DNA of 64,000 bases, from positions 1,350 to 65,349 of the forward strand of contig JBDHYB010000015.1 in the NCBI GenBank assembly GCA_039811145.1, read 5' to 3'. Below the pieces are notes generated by a model, which was not told the DNA's origin, did no database searches, and saw only the letters and a list, made by a program, of their open reading frames with translations. Made by a program: the position numbers and the translations under genes. Of this stretch, positions 10,424 to 20,361 are shown piece after piece (positions within the stretch are counted from its first letter, which is position 1; each line of letters opens with the position of its first letter). This DNA comes from Chitinophagales bacterium (GTDB lineage Bacteria > Bacteroidota > Bacteroidia > Chitinophagales > LD1).

Positions 10424-11926
10424 ATGAATATTCGTAAAACAGCATTTACAGCAGCGGTTGCCTTTGTAAGCGCATTTGCCGCTGTTGCCGTGTTCAACCA
10501 TTTAGGTTGGAACAAGCAGGAGGTTTCATTTGTGCAGGCTAACCCAGGCGCCCAGCTAACGGCCTATTCAGGAAGCCGCTCGGAGGCCATGCCTATCGAT
10601 TTCCGCTATGCAGCCTCGGCATCTACACCGGCTGTGGTGCATATAAAATCAACCTTTAAGGCCGAAAAGACGTCCCTGCGCAGTAACGACCCCCTGCGCG
10701 ACTTGTTCGGCGATGACTATAAATACTTCTTCCACGGGCCAAGCCCTTACGGCAGCCAGCCACAGGTGGCTACCGGTTCAGGGGTAATTGTATCAACCGA
10801 TGGTTATGTGGTTACCAATAACCATGTGGTAGAGAATGCAGACGAAATTGAAGTGGTTTTAAACAATCAGAAAAGCTATAAAGCCAAACTGATAGGCCGC
10901 GATGAGGACGTAGATGTGGCACTGCTTAAAATTGAAGATACCAACCTGCCCGCCATCACCTTCGCCAATTCCGATTCAGCACTGGTGGGCGAATGGGTGT
11001 TAGCCGTAGGTAACCCTTTTAACCTTGAAAGCACCGTTACCGCAGGTATCATATCTGCCAAAGGACGTAACATTAATATACTGGGCGACCAATACGGCCA
11101 ACAAAAGAACAGCAGCACAGCTATTGAAAGCTTTATACAAACCGATGCGGCAGTTAACCCCGGCAACAGCGGTGGCGCACTGGTTAACGTAAATGGTGAG
11201 TTAATTGGCATTAATACGGCCATTGCTTCGCCTACCGGCTCCTATGCCGGTTATTCCTTTGCAGTGCCCAGTAACATTGTGAAGAAGGTAATTTTTGACC
11301 TGCAGAAGTACGGGGTAACCCAGCGCGGATTTTTAGGTGTAACTATACGCACTATGGATAACAAAACGGCGCAGGACCTTGGCTTTAGCGCACCTAAGGG
11401 TGTTTACGTAGATGGCGTTAATAAAGGCAGCGCTGCTGAAGAAGGCGGCCTGAAGAACAAGGACGTTATTACCGACATAAATGGTTTTGCGGTTAACTCA
11501 TCCCCTGAACTGCAGGAGCAGGTGGCCCAATACCGCCCCGGAGATAAGATTACCATCAACTTTATACGCGATGGTAAGCCGCAAAGCACCACTATTACGC
11601 TTAAGAACAAGTACAACACCACCGCCAGTGTAGAAACAAACGACGACATATTAAGTGCGCTTGGCGTAGAGGTGGAAAACCTTTCAGCCTCTGATTTAAG
11701 AAGCCTGGGCATTAGCGGTGGTGTGCGCATTACTAATTTAAAGGATGGCAAACTGGCCGAGTTTACGGATATACGCAAGGGCTTTGTGATAACGCAGATA
11801 GATGACGAACCTGTTAACAGCGTTAACGACTTTATAAACCTGCTAAAGAACAAGAACGGCAAGGTACTGGTGGAGGGCATTTACCCGAACAAGCCAATGA
11901 GCTACCTATACGCCTTTAGAATGTAA
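10424..11926 (+). CDS. htrA: HtrA/DegQ-family serine protease with two PDZ domains
   Basis: TNNHVV, IQTDAAVNPGNSGGAL catalytic motifs; PDZ regions. Confidence 0.93.
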   Translation: MNIRKTAFTAAVAFVSAFAAVAVFNHLGWNKQEVSFVQANPGAQLTAYSGSRSEAMPIDFRYAASASTPAVVHIKSTFKAEKTSLRSNDPLRDLFGDDYKYFFHGPSPYGSQPQVATGSGVIVSTDGYVVTNNHVVENADEIEVVLNNQKSYKAKLIGRDEDVDVALLKIEDTNLPAITFANSDSALVGEWVLAVGNPFNLESTVTAGIISAKGRNINILGDQYGQQKNSSTAIESFIQTDAAVNPGNSGGALVNVNGELIGINTAIASPTGSYAGYSFAVPSNIVKKVIFDLQKYGVTQRGFLGVTIRTMDNKTAQDLGFSAPKGVYVDGVNKGSAAEEGGLKNKDVITDINGFAVNSSPELQEQVAQYRPGDKITINFIRDGKPQSTTITLKNKYNTTASVETNDDILSALGVEVENLSASDLRSLGISGGVRITNLKDGKLAEFTDIRKGFVITQIDDEPVNSVNDFINLLKNKNGKVLVEGIYPNKPMSYLYAFRM

Positions 11927-11946
11927 AAGCTATAAACCAACAATTG

Positions 11947-11977
11947 AAAGCCGCGGGTATGCCTCGCGGCTTTTTTT
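11947..11977 (+). terminator. Intrinsic terminator after htrA
   Basis: AAAGCCGCG-loop-CGCGGCTTTTTTT. Confidence 0.85.
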
Positions 11978-12029
11978 GCAGAACCTTCCACCGCTGTTGA
12001 CTTTATTACCAATAGCTTTAATTATGACA

Positions 12030-12086
12030 CCCCACTGGTCGTAGGCTGTGCCTACGATCCATGCAGAACGTATCTTGTAGCTACAA
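12030..12086 (+). repeat. REP-like hairpin on the left of the RAYT plus TTGTAGCTACAA palindrome
   Basis: CCCCACTGG-TCGTAGGCTGTGCCTACGA-TCC (12030-12060) and TTGTAGCTACAA (12075-12086). Confidence 0.8.
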
Positions 12087-12099
12087 AGCAAAACACGCA

Positions 12100-12648
12100 C
12101 TACGCAATTTCAACATTTACCAGGCCTTTGCCTCCCGCATAATCTACTGCGCTACTGTATATATAATGTTCTGCATGTAATACCCAACCTGCGCGCACAG
12201 GGTTTTGATGTATGTAGTTGATTCGGCTCTGAAACATGCCAGGCACGGAAGGATCCATAAATACAGCGTGATTTTCATGTGTCCACAACTGCTGCAACTC
12301 ATTCCGCTTATGCTGGTTGGCATGAAACGCAAACACGTGCTTCATCCAGGTCTGCCTGCTTTCCGTATTCACCTCTACGTTCTTTAAAATCTGCCTTGCA
12401 GTATGCGCTTTAAAATCGCGAATAACATCGCTTAGATCCTTTTCTTTAGTGCGAAGAATAGCGTGCACGTGATTGGTCATTATTACATAAGCTGTTACTA
12501 CAAGGCTTTTATTAGCTATGCAATAGTTAAAAGAATCCACAACAATATCCCGGTAAATCTGCCTCGAAAAGATGTCTACCCAATCTACTGCCTGAAAAGT
12601 AAGAAAATAGGTGCCGCGTTGGTCGCGCACCTGATAACCGTGACTCAT
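12100..12648 (-). mobile_element. REP-associated tyrosine transposase (RAYT, Y1/HUH family)
   Basis: YFLTF..VDWVDIF, AYVIMTNHVH (HUH), RDFK.HTA, NYIHQNPVRAG, YSSA; flanked by inverted REP hairpins. Confidence 0.92.
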
Positions 12649-12699
12649 ATATGATAAAGCTACCAATTCTTAACGCATCTGTAAGTGTGCTGCATTGAA

Positions 12700-12802
12700 T
12701 TGTAGCTACAAGCTACTCTCTAATCAGCACGTAGGCACAGCCTACGCCCAGTTCGGGCCCATAGGAACAACATTAACACTTGGTTGGCGTCCCCGCCAAC
12801 CA
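12700..12802 (-). repeat. REP-like hairpins on the right of the RAYT
   Basis: TTGTAGCTACAA (12700-12711), AGCACGTAGGCACAGCCTACGCCCAGT (12726-12752, inverse of the left copy), GGTTGGCG-TCCC-CGCCAACC (12782-12801). Confidence 0.8.
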
Positions 12803-12869
12803 TAAGAATGCGCATTGGTTTATACATTTACAATACCAAGATACACAATACAAGTAATGACAAAGCGGA

Positions 12870-12926
12870 AGATTGCCGCGCGATGATATTTCTTATTGAT
12901 ACAAGATGAATATCGCTCGTAATGAC
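12870..12926 (-). repeat. GTCATT-type palindromic intergenic repeat
   Basis: AGATTGCCGCGCG...CGCTCGTAATGAC; reverse complement resembles GTCATTGCGAGCG...GCAATCT at 54561. Confidence 0.55.
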
Positions 12927-12954
12927 GGCTATTCTGGTTTAAATACAAATATGC

Positions 12955-13914
12955 CTATTGCACCTTCTCCACTCCCGCATCGCTCAGCTCAAAAATATCT
13001 TTATCGTATTGGGCTTTGCTGAGCTCCAGTTTATCGTTAATAACCGGTATGGTTATTTTTGTTGATTCGTTGTCATCGCCATAGTAAATGGTGAACTGTA
13101 TAGCGAAGTCTTTTATGTCGGCAGGTTTGTAGTTTTCATCCAGCTTCATCATTACCAAGCCTTTGCCATCTTCAATAACGTTGCTGTTTTCGTTAGCGGC
13201 AACAAAGGTCATTTCAGGTGTATAAGCCGGTATTTTATCGGCTACAGGGCCGCGTTTTAATTTTAAAGCTAAGCGGCTGATGGGCGCGCTGCTTGAAGAG
13301 TAGGTAATAAAGCCAATGGCGTTTTCGCCACCCGATTTTTTAATGGGGTCCGTAACCGCACTGCGGCTGGTAAAGCCTGCAAAGCGCCTTTCGCGCAGGT
13401 TAGGTATGCTTACCTTCATATCGCTATATGAGCAACTGAACACCTCTTTACCGTCTAAAAGACTAAAGCGGATTACTAAATCCTCCTCCTCTCCTGTTCC
13501 TTCGTGTATGGCTTCAATGGTATTGGTTTTATCTTTTAACTGCACATCTGTAGCTACAAACTGCGCCTGCCATTGTATGGGTTTGGTATCCATTACACTT
13601 TGCGCGCTTACCTGGTACACCTTATCCTTGTTTACAGAATCGGCATAGCATAAATCGGTACGCGTAATTTTTAGCAGCAGGGGTATTTTGTTGGTACCCT
13701 CGTAGGCATCTACCATTTCGTAATAGGTGCTGGTTTGCTGTATACAAACGCGACCGTTTTGATCGAACACCTTTACCATAGAGGAGGACGAATCCTGGTA
13801 AACCTGCTTACCGCTAACTTTAACGGGTTCATTGGTTTGGGGCTTGTTCCTTTGTTTACAGCAGGTAACCAACAGTAAACCACTAATAACCAGGTAAAAG
13901 GCTCTTTTAGTCAT
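12955..13914 (-). CDS. Hypothetical lipoprotein
   Basis: Signal peptide ending LLVTCC; 319 aa ORF directly downstream of folD. Confidence 0.75.
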   Translation of the reverse strand: MTKRAFYLVISGLLLVTCCKQRNKPQTNEPVKVSGKQVYQDSSSSMVKVFDQNGRVCIQQTSTYYEMVDAYEGTNKIPLLLKITRTDLCYADSVNKDKVYQVSAQSVMDTKPIQWQAQFVATDVQLKDKTNTIEAIHEGTGEEEDLVIRFSLLDGKEVFSCSYSDMKVSIPNLRERRFAGFTSRSAVTDPIKKSGGENAIGFITYSSSSAPISRLALKLKRGPVADKIPAYTPEMTFVAANENSNVIEDGKGLVMMKLDENYKPADIKDFAIQFTIYYGDDNESTKITIPVINDKLELSKAQYDKDIFELSDAGVEKVQ

Positions 13915-13915
13915 A

Positions 13916-14791
13916 TCAATTTCGGTTTTTGGCCGCTTTAAGCGTGTTTAGTATCAATGAAACCACCGTCATGGGGCCTACACCGCCGGGTACGGGGGTA
14001 ATAGCGCTGCATTTAGGGCTAACCTCATCAAACTTAACATCCCCTTTTAAACGCCATCCGTTTTTAGATGTTGTATCTGTTACGCGCGTAGTACCCACAT
14101 CAATAACCACGGCGCCTTCTTTTACCATATCGCCGGTTAAAAACTCGGGCTTGCCAATGGCGGCAATTATAATATCAGCCTGCAGGCATATCTCCTTCAG
14201 GTTTTTGGTTTTGCTGTGGCAAACGGTAACAGTGGCATTGCCTGTTTTGCCTTGGCCACTCATTAAAATACTCATTGGCCGGCCAACAATATTACTGCGG
14301 CCAATAACCACGCAGTGCTTACCGCTGGTTTCAATATTATAGCGCTCCAGTATTTTAGTAATGCCCAGGGGCGTTGCTGAGATATAGGCATCCAGCCCTA
14401 AGGTCACCTTGCCCACATTCACCGGGTGAAAGCCATCCACATCTTTTGAAGGGTCCACCGCCATCAGCACTTTATCCGCATCAATATGCTTAGGTAAGGG
14501 CAACTGCACTATAAAGCCGTCCACATCTTTATCGTTATTCAGTTCGTTCACTTTGTTCAGCAAAAACTCTTCGGTAACAGAATCATCGTAATGCAGCAGG
14601 GTGCTTTTAAAGCCCACCTGCTCGCAGGCTTTTACCTTGTGGCCTACGTAGGTCAGGCTGCCGCCATCATTACCCACTAAAATAGCGGCCAAATGGGGTT
14701 GCTTACCCCCGGCTGCTACCATTTGGTCTACCTCTACCTTTATTTCGCTTTTTAATTCTTCAGCCAGCTTTTTGCCATCCAGTAACACCAT
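13916..14791 (-). CDS. folD: Bifunctional methylenetetrahydrofolate dehydrogenase/cyclohydrolase
   Basis: [34 protein letters not shown]. Confidence 0.97.
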   Translation of the reverse strand: MVLLDGKKLAEELKSEIKVEVDQMVAAGGKQPHLAAILVGNDGGSLTYVGHKVKACEQVGFKSTLLHYDDSVTEEFLLNKVNELNNDKDVDGFIVQLPLPKHIDADKVLMAVDPSKDVDGFHPVNVGKVTLGLDAYISATPLGITKILERYNIETSGKHCVVIGRSNIVGRPMSILMSGQGKTGNATVTVCHSKTKNLKEICLQADIIIAAIGKPEFLTGDMVKEGAVVIDVGTTRVTDTTSKNGWRLKGDVKFDEVSPKCSAITPVPGGVGPMTVVSLILNTLKAAKNRN

Positions 14792-14919
14792 ATGTAAAAG
14801 TTAGGCTGCAAAGAAAAGTAACAGCAGAAAATTGCGGTAAGATTTTGTAAACAATATTGACAGAATGGGAATAGCTAAGCCGGGGTAGGGTGCTTATGCA
14901 GGTTCAACCTTGCGTAAAT

Positions 14920-14945
14920 AAAAAACGCCCCATGCGGGGCGCTTT
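14920..14945 (-). terminator. Intrinsic terminator
   Basis: AAAAAACGCCCC-ATGC-GGGGCG downstream of the minus-strand gene ending at 14967. Confidence 0.7.
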
Positions 14946-14966
14946 GTGCTGGGTAAATAGTCGAAA

Positions 14967-15248
14967 TTAGTTGATCTTAATACAGCCGTCTTTAATTTCA
15001 ATGCTGGCACCATCCTTCACTTCTACTTTACCGCAGGAAGTTTCGATAATGGCCGGGCCCGAACCACCTTGAATAGTTACTGTAGAGGTGCGGCTGTGCT
15101 CAAAGGTTACTGTTTTATCACTGCCGTCCATACGCACTTTAAACGTATAGTCTTTAGAATCTTTGTTGTAATAGCGGATTGTTACGCCGCAAAAGGCAAC
15201 CGTTGCAGTAAGCAACAACACCGTAAGGCTCAGTAGTTTCTTTTTCAT
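14967..15248 (-). CDS. Small secreted hypothetical protein
   Basis: MKKKLL signal peptide; beta-rich mature part with a Cys pair. Confidence 0.75.
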   Translation of the reverse strand: MKKKLLSLTVLLLTATVAFCGVTIRYYNKDSKDYTFKVRMDGSDKTVTFEHSRTSTVTIQGGSGPAIIETSCGKVEVKDGASIEIKDGCIKIN

Positions 15249-15360
15249 GTGGTATAATTTTTTGGTTTAAACGAATGTACGGTATTAGTTGATAGTAACC
15301 ACTTAAAAAGCAAAACGGCGAAGCCCGTGCTCCGCCGTTCGGTTTTTATGTTTTACGCTA

Positions 15361-17556
15361 TTAGCGGATGAATAACATCTCGCGGTATTTTGGCAATGGC
15401 CAGCTGCTATCATCAACTAAAGCTTCAATAGCGTCTACATTCTCGCGTATTTCATCAAAGAACGGCTTCACCTTATCGCAGTAGTTTTTAGAAGCAACAG
15501 CATTAGATTCAGCATGGTGCGCTTTTTCGCGGGCAACAGCCAGTTTATCTACCGCCGCCTTAATGTTGTTTACACGTACGGCTATTTCAGTTAATATGTC
15601 CTTCTGTGCTTTTGTTGCATTGGCAGAAACACCAACTTCTTTAAGGCCTTTAATGTTGCCGGCCAGTTTGTTCATGTATTCTACCGCAGCAGGAATAATT
15701 TGATTCAAAGCTATGTCAGCTAATATGCCTGCCTCGGTATCAATCTTCAATACATAGTTGTGGTGTAATACTTCAACACGTGCATCCAGTTCGCGGGCGC
15801 TGTAAATACCGGTATCTACCAATACTTCTTTCGCTTTTTTGCTGGTGTAGAAATCCAGAGCATAAGGAGTGGTTTTTACGTTGCTCAGGCCACGCTTCTT
15901 GGCTTCTTTAGCCCACGCTTCGCTGTAACCGTCACCTTCAAACAATATGCGCTTGCTATCGCTAATGTATTGACGCAATACACGCATAATAGCGCCTTCC
16001 TTGGTTTCGCCGCCTTTTATCAGTTTATCTACTTCTGTTTTAAACTCAATCAACTGCTTACCAACAATGGCGTTCATCACGGTCATAGGTAAAGCGCAGT
16101 TGGCAGTTGAACCTACCGCACGGAACTCGAACTTGTTACCGGTAAAGGCAAAAGGCGAAGTACGGTTACGGTCAGTATTATCCAGTAATACATCAGGTAT
16201 TTTGTTGTGGATGTCCAGTTTAAGGTTAGCATTGCTCATTTCATCGTATTTGCCTTTGGCAACACGCTTCTCCACTTCGTTCAATATATCCTGCATAAAA
16301 GTGCCTATAAACACGGAGATGATAGCAGGAGGAGCCTCGTTAGCGCCTAAGCGGTGGTCGTTATTAGCAGAGGCAATTGAAGCGCGCAATAAGTCGCTAT
16401 ACTCATTTACTGCCTTAATAACGTTAACAAAGAACGTTAAGAACTGCAAGTTGGTTTTAGGAGTTTTGCCGGGAGAAAGCAGGTTTTTGCCTGTATCGGT
16501 TCCCATACTCCAGTTGTTGTGCTTACCGCTACCGTTAATACCGGCAAATGGTTTTTCGTGCAACAATACACGCAGTTTGTGGCGGCGGGCAATACGCTCC
16601 ATTAAGTCCATTAATAAGCTGTTGTGGTCAACCGCTACGTTTACTTCTTCAAACATAGGGGCGCACTCAAACTGTGCAGGGGCCACCTCGTTATGGCGGG
16701 TGCGTAAAGGCACACCTAACTTATGGCATTCGGTTTCCAGGTCCAACATATAAGCGTAAACACGCTCAGGAATTGAACCGAAGTAGTGGTCTTCAAACTG
16801 TTGGCCTTTTTGAGGGGCAGCACCTATCAGGGTACGGCCGCTGAACATCAAATCAGGGCGTTGGAAGTATAGCGCTTCGTCAATCAGGAAGTATTCCTGT
16901 TCCCATCCTAAAGTTGCAGTAACGCGGGTTGCATCTTTATCAAACAGGTGAACAACAGGAAGAGCAGCCTGCTCTAAGTAATGCGAAGCCTTTAATAAAG
17001 GCGCTTTATAATCTAATGATTCGCCGGTGTAAGAAATGAAGATGGTAGGAATGCAAAGCGTTTTGCCCTCGCCTATTTCCATAATAAAGGCAGGTGAACC
17101 CGGGTCCCATGCCGTGTAACCGCGCGCTTCGAAAGTAGCGCGTATACCCCCGCTTGGGAAAGAAGAAGCATCCGGCTCCTGCTGCACTAAGGCATCAGCG
17201 CCGAATTTTTCAATACCTAAACCTTCGCCGGTTGGGGTAAAGAACATATCGTGCTTCTCTGCTGTTAAACCGGTTAGTGGTTGAAACCAGTGGGTATAGC
17301 TGTTAGCCCCTTTAGCCATTGCCCAGGCTTTCATACCTGCAGCAACAGTTTCAGCAATCTCACGGCTTATTTTGGTGCCATTTTTAATAGCCGACCTTAC
17401 AGCTTTGTAAGCATCGTCAGCCAAATACTGGCGCATTGGCTCATCGTTAAATATGTTTGAGCCGAAATAGTCAGAAACCTTCGTGCTCTCAATACGAGGC
17501 TTTACTACCTCGCGGTTTACTACTGTTTGAACAGCAGATTTACGTGCGTTACCCAT
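15361..17556 (-). CDS. glnA: Glutamine synthetase type III
   Basis: HWFQPLTG.TAEKHD, EPDASSFPSGG, RHNEVAP, HEKPFAGINGSGKH, DRNRTSPFAFTGNKFEFR. Confidence 0.96.
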   Translation of the reverse strand: MGNARKSAVQTVVNREVVKPRIESTKVSDYFGSNIFNDEPMRQYLADDAYKAVRSAIKNGTKISREIAETVAAGMKAWAMAKGANSYTHWFQPLTGLTAEKHDMFFTPTGEGLGIEKFGADALVQQEPDASSFPSGGIRATFEARGYTAWDPGSPAFIMEIGEGKTLCIPTIFISYTGESLDYKAPLLKASHYLEQAALPVVHLFDKDATRVTATLGWEQEYFLIDEALYFQRPDLMFSGRTLIGAAPQKGQQFEDHYFGSIPERVYAYMLDLETECHKLGVPLRTRHNEVAPAQFECAPMFEEVNVAVDHNSLLMDLMERIARRHKLRVLLHEKPFAGINGSGKHNNWSMGTDTGKNLLSPGKTPKTNLQFLTFFVNVIKAVNEYSDLLRASIASANNDHRLGANEAPPAIISVFIGTFMQDILNEVEKRVAKGKYDEMSNANLKLDIHNKIPDVLLDNTDRNRTSPFAFTGNKFEFRAVGSTANCALPMTVMNAIVGKQLIEFKTEVDKLIKGGETKEGAIMRVLRQYISDSKRILFEGDGYSEAWAKEAKKRGLSNVKTTPYALDFYTSKKAKEVLVDTGIYSARELDARVEVLHHNYVLKIDTEAGILADIALNQIIPAAVEYMNKLAGNIKGLKEVGVSANATKAQKDILTEIAVRVNNIKAAVDKLAVAREKAHHAESNAVASKNYCDKVKPFFDEIRENVDAIEALVDDSSWPLPKYREMLFIR

Positions 17557-17702
17557 GGTGGTTGTTTTTTAGACGGCCCAAATGTAGGTTTATTAAACCG
17601 CCTAAAAAAGGAAAGACGTGGAAATTATGCACAAAATAGGGGCCACAGGGGTGGAAATCCTAACGCTAAAAGGCCATAGGTTCAATTTTTCATGCAAACA
17701 GG

Positions 17703-19001
17703 CTATTTTTTTAAGCCCGGAAGCCGATTTAGATCATATTTAAATTTATGTAAATTGACAAACCCCAATGCCCCTATAATTAGAAATGGAGTAGCCAATA
17801 TGCGGTAATGCACTATGGCACCCATAATGGGCACTGTAGCCCCTACCATCCAGTAAAACACCAAAGTAAATACTAATGCAAATGCAATCAGCGGGCGCTT
17901 TTCTTTTGCAGGTAACTGAAAATAGCGCAGCAACATAACTAACAACAGCAGCCAGAGCAGGCTTTGTTCCACCGCAAAAAGCAGTTCCATTTTATTGGAT
18001 GCGCTCCACACAAAAGGCCGCAATGCGCCATCTATAAGCGCATCAGTATAAAGCATTTTAGGGGTAATGGCATCCGTCCACTTCACAAAGCGGCTGCCGG
18101 GGTTTTCAGCCAGGCCAAGGTCCATAAACTCATACCGTTTATTAATGATAGCCGAAATAACTCTGGGTTCTGCCACCATAAAAGCAAATGCATAGGCCAC
18201 AAGTAAAGCAGCGAATACCGTCCATTTTAGGGCAGGCTTTCTAATAGCGCTTAATGCGTAAATCAAAATGTAAATGGCAGACGCAGGTATAAGCGCAATA
18301 AACAAAGGCGGACGTATAAAGGCAAGCGCAGCAACGCTAAGCAATATCAATAGTATGCGGCTAAACCAGCTACGTGGAGTGAACGCATAGAACAACATAC
18401 CGAGAAAGAAGAATACAGGAGCCTCCTTTAATAAACCGCTGCCCCAAAAAACAACGGAAGGAATTAAGAACAAGGGTAAGCATAAGGCCTGGGGAAACTC
18501 TGCAAAGTAATTTTTAAGGGCATGGTATATGCCCGTTAAGCCCACAAAACTGAAAAAGGAAAAGAACAGGGTATTGATATAGATATTAGAAAACGAGAAA
18601 TAATTGCACAGCGAGATTATGCGGATAATGAGTTGGTTGTTTGTAACCGTATCCTGACTGGGATGACTGAAATACTGTGTATCGGCTATGTATTGGAAGT
18701 TGGCGGGCTCATTAAGGCCAATACCCGTAATTACACTTAACCAGGCTTTGGGGTGTTGCCAAAGCAAGGGAGATATTATTTTACTATCGTTAAAATAGCG
18801 GTAAATGTCCGCCTTGGTTTGATCGGTATAGTAAAAGGTGTAAACAAGGGTTAGTGCTACACCGGCAACTACTTTAAGCAAGAAGAAAGTCCAAAGGTTA
18901 TCGCGTTTAATACCGGTTGAGGTAAAAAAATTCAGCCTGTTGATTAGCCAAAGGAAAAGGGCGAGGTAGAGAATGTAAAGGGCAATGTGCAATACCGGCA
19001 T
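17703..19001 (-). CDS. Polytopic membrane protein (GT-C/Wzy-like, polysaccharide associated)
   Basis: About 11 TM segments; D..RYF, PS..FW.SGLLKE, C-terminal G...HYR pattern. Confidence 0.6.
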   Translation of the reverse strand: MPVLHIALYILYLALFLWLINRLNFFTSTGIKRDNLWTFFLLKVVAGVALTLVYTFYYTDQTKADIYRYFNDSKIISPLLWQHPKAWLSVITGIGLNEPANFQYIADTQYFSHPSQDTVTNNQLIIRIISLCNYFSFSNIYINTLFFSFFSFVGLTGIYHALKNYFAEFPQALCLPLFLIPSVVFWGSGLLKEAPVFFFLGMLFYAFTPRSWFSRILLILLSVAALAFIRPPLFIALIPASAIYILIYALSAIRKPALKWTVFAALLVAYAFAFMVAEPRVISAIINKRYEFMDLGLAENPGSRFVKWTDAITPKMLYTDALIDGALRPFVWSASNKMELLFAVEQSLLWLLLLVMLLRYFQLPAKEKRPLIAFALVFTLVFYWMVGATVPIMGAIVHYRILATPFLIIGALGFVNLHKFKYDLNRLPGLKK

Positions 19002-19059
19002 TAACGCTAAAGTCAGAAATTCTTTGAAAGGTTTTACTTTGCTTTGCTAACAATTCATT

Positions 19060-20328
19060 TTGCGCAAACAAATCATCAATACGGTAATAACGCGGGCGGG
19101 CTCCACCCTGCTCAACTTTCTATTGGCATTGATGATTGCGCGGCATAGCGGCCCTGAGGTAAAAGGCGAAACTACGCTCATCATTACCACTATCTTCTTT
19201 ATTGTTTTTGTAAGCAACATATTGGGCGGCCATGTGCTGGTTTACCTGCTGCCCCGCAACAAAATAGAAGCGCTGCTGCTGCCGGCCTTAATATGGAGTT
19301 TACTGGTAAGCATTGCCGCCTTTGTATTCCTTTCGGCTACTACCATCATTCCGGCGGATTGGATACCGGCCGTTGCGGTTTTAAGCTGGCTGGCAGCCGT
19401 TATAAGCATTCAGCAAACGGTGTTACTGGCGCAACAAAACATCAGGCTATCAAACCTGCTTTCCCTGGTGCCTTTGGTTTTACTGGTAGGCGGGGTAGCT
19501 GTTTGCTATCAATTCCTTAACATCCATAATGTGTATGCCTACATCTATGCCTCGCTTGTTTCCTATACCATTACCACAGGCATAGGCTTTGTGCTGTTAG
19601 CAAAGCAGGTAAACATCCGCTCCATTCATTTCTCTTTTGCTGAAATTAAATCCTCTTTTGGTTATGGCTTCTTGTTTCAGTTGGTGGAGATACTTCAACT
19701 ACTGAACCTGCGCCTGTATTTTTATCAATTGGGTTTGCAGCAGGGTTCGCGCTACCTGGGCATTTACTCCATAGGCATTTCCATACTAGAGTCGGTGTGG
19801 ATAATACCGCGCAGTATTGCTACAGTGCATTATGTTTCTACCTCTAACACGGCAGAGGTGAAGCAGGAAGCCGAACGCACGGTAAGCCTGGTTAAGCTCA
19901 GCCTTATTATAAGCGCTGCGGCCCTGCTGGTGCTTTACCTGGTGCCTAATAGTGTATTTGTATTCGTTTTCGGGCAGGGGTTTACGGATGTAAAACACAG
20001 CGTGCGCTACCTCTTTCCCGGTATATGGATTTACGGGCTGTTGTTGGTTATAAGCAGTTTTTATTATGGCGTGGCCCGTTATAAGGCGCCCTTAATAGCC
20101 AATGCAGCCGGTGTGGTTACACTGGTAATTTTCAGCGCTTTGTTAATACCGCATTATGTAATGAGCGGTGCGGGCCTTGCTGCCACCATCAGTTACGCTG
20201 TGGCAGCACTGTCGCTGCTGTTTTTCTTTATACATGATAACAAACTGAGCGTGCTACAGTTTTTCCCCGATAAAAACGACATCAAATTTTTCAACACTTT
20301 CATTAAAACTTCCTTTATAAAGAAGTGA
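19060..20328 (+). CDS. MOP/Wzx-like polysaccharide flippase
   Basis: About 12 TM segments, LGIYSIG motif, GAGLAATISY C-terminal motif. Confidence 0.75.
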   Translation: MRKQIINTVITRAGSTLLNFLLALMIARHSGPEVKGETTLIITTIFFIVFVSNILGGHVLVYLLPRNKIEALLLPALIWSLLVSIAAFVFLSATTIIPADWIPAVAVLSWLAAVISIQQTVLLAQQNIRLSNLLSLVPLVLLVGGVAVCYQFLNIHNVYAYIYASLVSYTITTGIGFVLLAKQVNIRSIHFSFAEIKSSFGYGFLFQLVEILQLLNLRLYFYQLGLQQGSRYLGIYSIGISILESVWIIPRSIATVHYVSTSNTAEVKQEAERTVSLVKLSLIISAAALLVLYLVPNSVFVFVFGQGFTDVKHSVRYLFPGIWIYGLLLVISSFYYGVARYKAPLIANAAGVVTLVIFSALLIPHYVMSGAGLAATISYAVAALSLLFFFIHDNKLSVLQFFPDKNDIKFFNTFIKTSFIKK

Positions 20329-20361
20329 TTAAGGCTATTTTTGCCCACCTAAACAGAAAAT

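Noticed and set aside
12100-12648. IS200/IS605 insertion sequence with TnpB
   Set aside because: No tnpB is adjacent; the motifs and flanking multi-copy hairpins fit a RAYT better.
16001-16753. Long antisense ORFs (here, 11404-11880, 48876-49364, 61972-62493 and others)
   Set aside because: Shadow ORFs opposite well-supported housekeeping genes.
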